Sequence record: SRR20825006_2421
Length of the DNA: 36,568 bases
Strand: one strand, 5' to 3'
Position 1 is the stretch's first letter; each line of letters starts with the position of its first letter. The position numbers and the translations under genes were made by a program. The notes below the pieces were generated by a model. The model was given only the letters and a program-made list of their open reading frames with translations. It searched no databases and was not told the origin of the DNA. Below are positions 35,827-36,568 of this stretch, piece by piece.

Positions 35827-36568
35827 TCAGACCAGTCCTTTCAGCTTATACAGTGCCTCCAGCGCCTGCTTGGGGGTCAGCTCATCCGGGTCTATGCCGG
35901 TAAGGGCCTGCTCTACAGCACTGGGCTCATTGAACAGGCTGGCCTGGGCCGGTGTCGCCGCGGCGGGCGTGGTGCCAACGGCAGGGGCGTTTCCCGCAGA
36001 GCTGGATGCTGCCAAGGGTTTGCCTTCTTCCAGCTCGCGCAGTTTATTGCCTGCTTCATGGATCACGCTGGCCGGCACACCCGCCAGTTGGGCCACCTGC
36101 AAGCCGTAGCTGCGGCTGGCTGGACCTTCCTGTACCCGATGCAGGAACACGATTCGGTTGTCATGTTCGCTGGCGGTGAGGTGGGCGTTGTAGATGCCGG
36201 GCAGTTGCTCCGGTAGCTGGGTCAGCTCGAAATAGTGGGTGGCGAACAGCGTGAACGCCTTGAGATTGCGCGCCAGGTGCTCAGCGGCGGCCCAGGCCAG
36301 GCTCAGGCCATCAAAGGTGCTGGTGCCCCGGCCGATCTCGTCCATCAGCACCAGGCTCTGGGCGGTGGCATTGTTGAGAATGTTGGCGGTTTCCGACATT
36401 TCCACCATAAAGGTGGAGCGCCCACCGGCCAGATCATCTGAAGAGCCGATGCGGGTGAAGATCCGGTCCAGGCTGCCAATGCGAGCACTGGCCGCGGGCA
36501 CACAGCTGCCCAGGTGGGCAAGCAGGGCGATCAGCGCAGTCTGGCGCATGTAGGTGGATTTACCGCCC
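35827..36568 (-). CDS. mutS: DNA mismatch repair protein MutS, C-terminal part (5' end outside window)
   Basis: [51 protein letters not shown] and SYGLQVA; clamp-binding QASLF. Confidence 0.97.
   Translation of the reverse strand, partial: GGKSTYMRQTALIALLAHLGSCVPAASARIGSLDRIFTRIGSSDDLAGGRSTFMVEMSETANILNNATAQSLVLMDEIGRGTSTFDGLSLAWAAAEHLARNLKAFTLFATHYFELTQLPEQLPGIYNAHLTASEHDNRIVFLHRVQEGPASRSYGLQVAQLAGVPASVIHEAGNKLRELEEGKPLAASSSAGNAPAVGTTPAAATPAQASLFNEPSAVEQALTGIDPDELTPKQALEALYKLKGLV

Overview
Chromosomal window (roughly 60% GC by eye) from a gammaproteobacterium; gene content suggests a marine Alcanivorax-like organism (inference). No prophage, IS element, integrase or CRISPR array was seen. 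Gene order: 3' end of tRNA-Pro, rbgA/ylqF, then a lipid-catabolic block. That block has an acyl-CoA dehydrogenase pair, a TetR regulator, an MpaB/DUF2236 oxygenase, an acyl-CoA ligase, an unusual LolB-MpaB fusion lipoprotein and a flavinylation-motif FMN-binding protein. It is followed by ydbH-ynbE-ydbL, an OmpA/OprF-like gene, recD-recB-recC flanked by 7-bp-periodic repeat elements, a divergent LysE/MocR pair, and a KamA-like radical SAM gene with a ~260-nt highly structured leader. Next come cls, a START protein, an unlisted 58-aa PLDc_N protein, an MFS transporter, tRNA-Arg(CCT), arsS plus two glycosyltransferase-like genes, and an HptB-like gene. The window ends with a candidate C-rich sRNA divergent from a GacA-box-driven RsmZ-like sRNA, then fdxA and the 3' end of mutS. 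Best novelty candidates: the TetR-controlled module with the envelope-anchored LolB-oxygenase fusion, the riboswitch-like kamA leader, the C-rich sRNA, and the heptamer elements.
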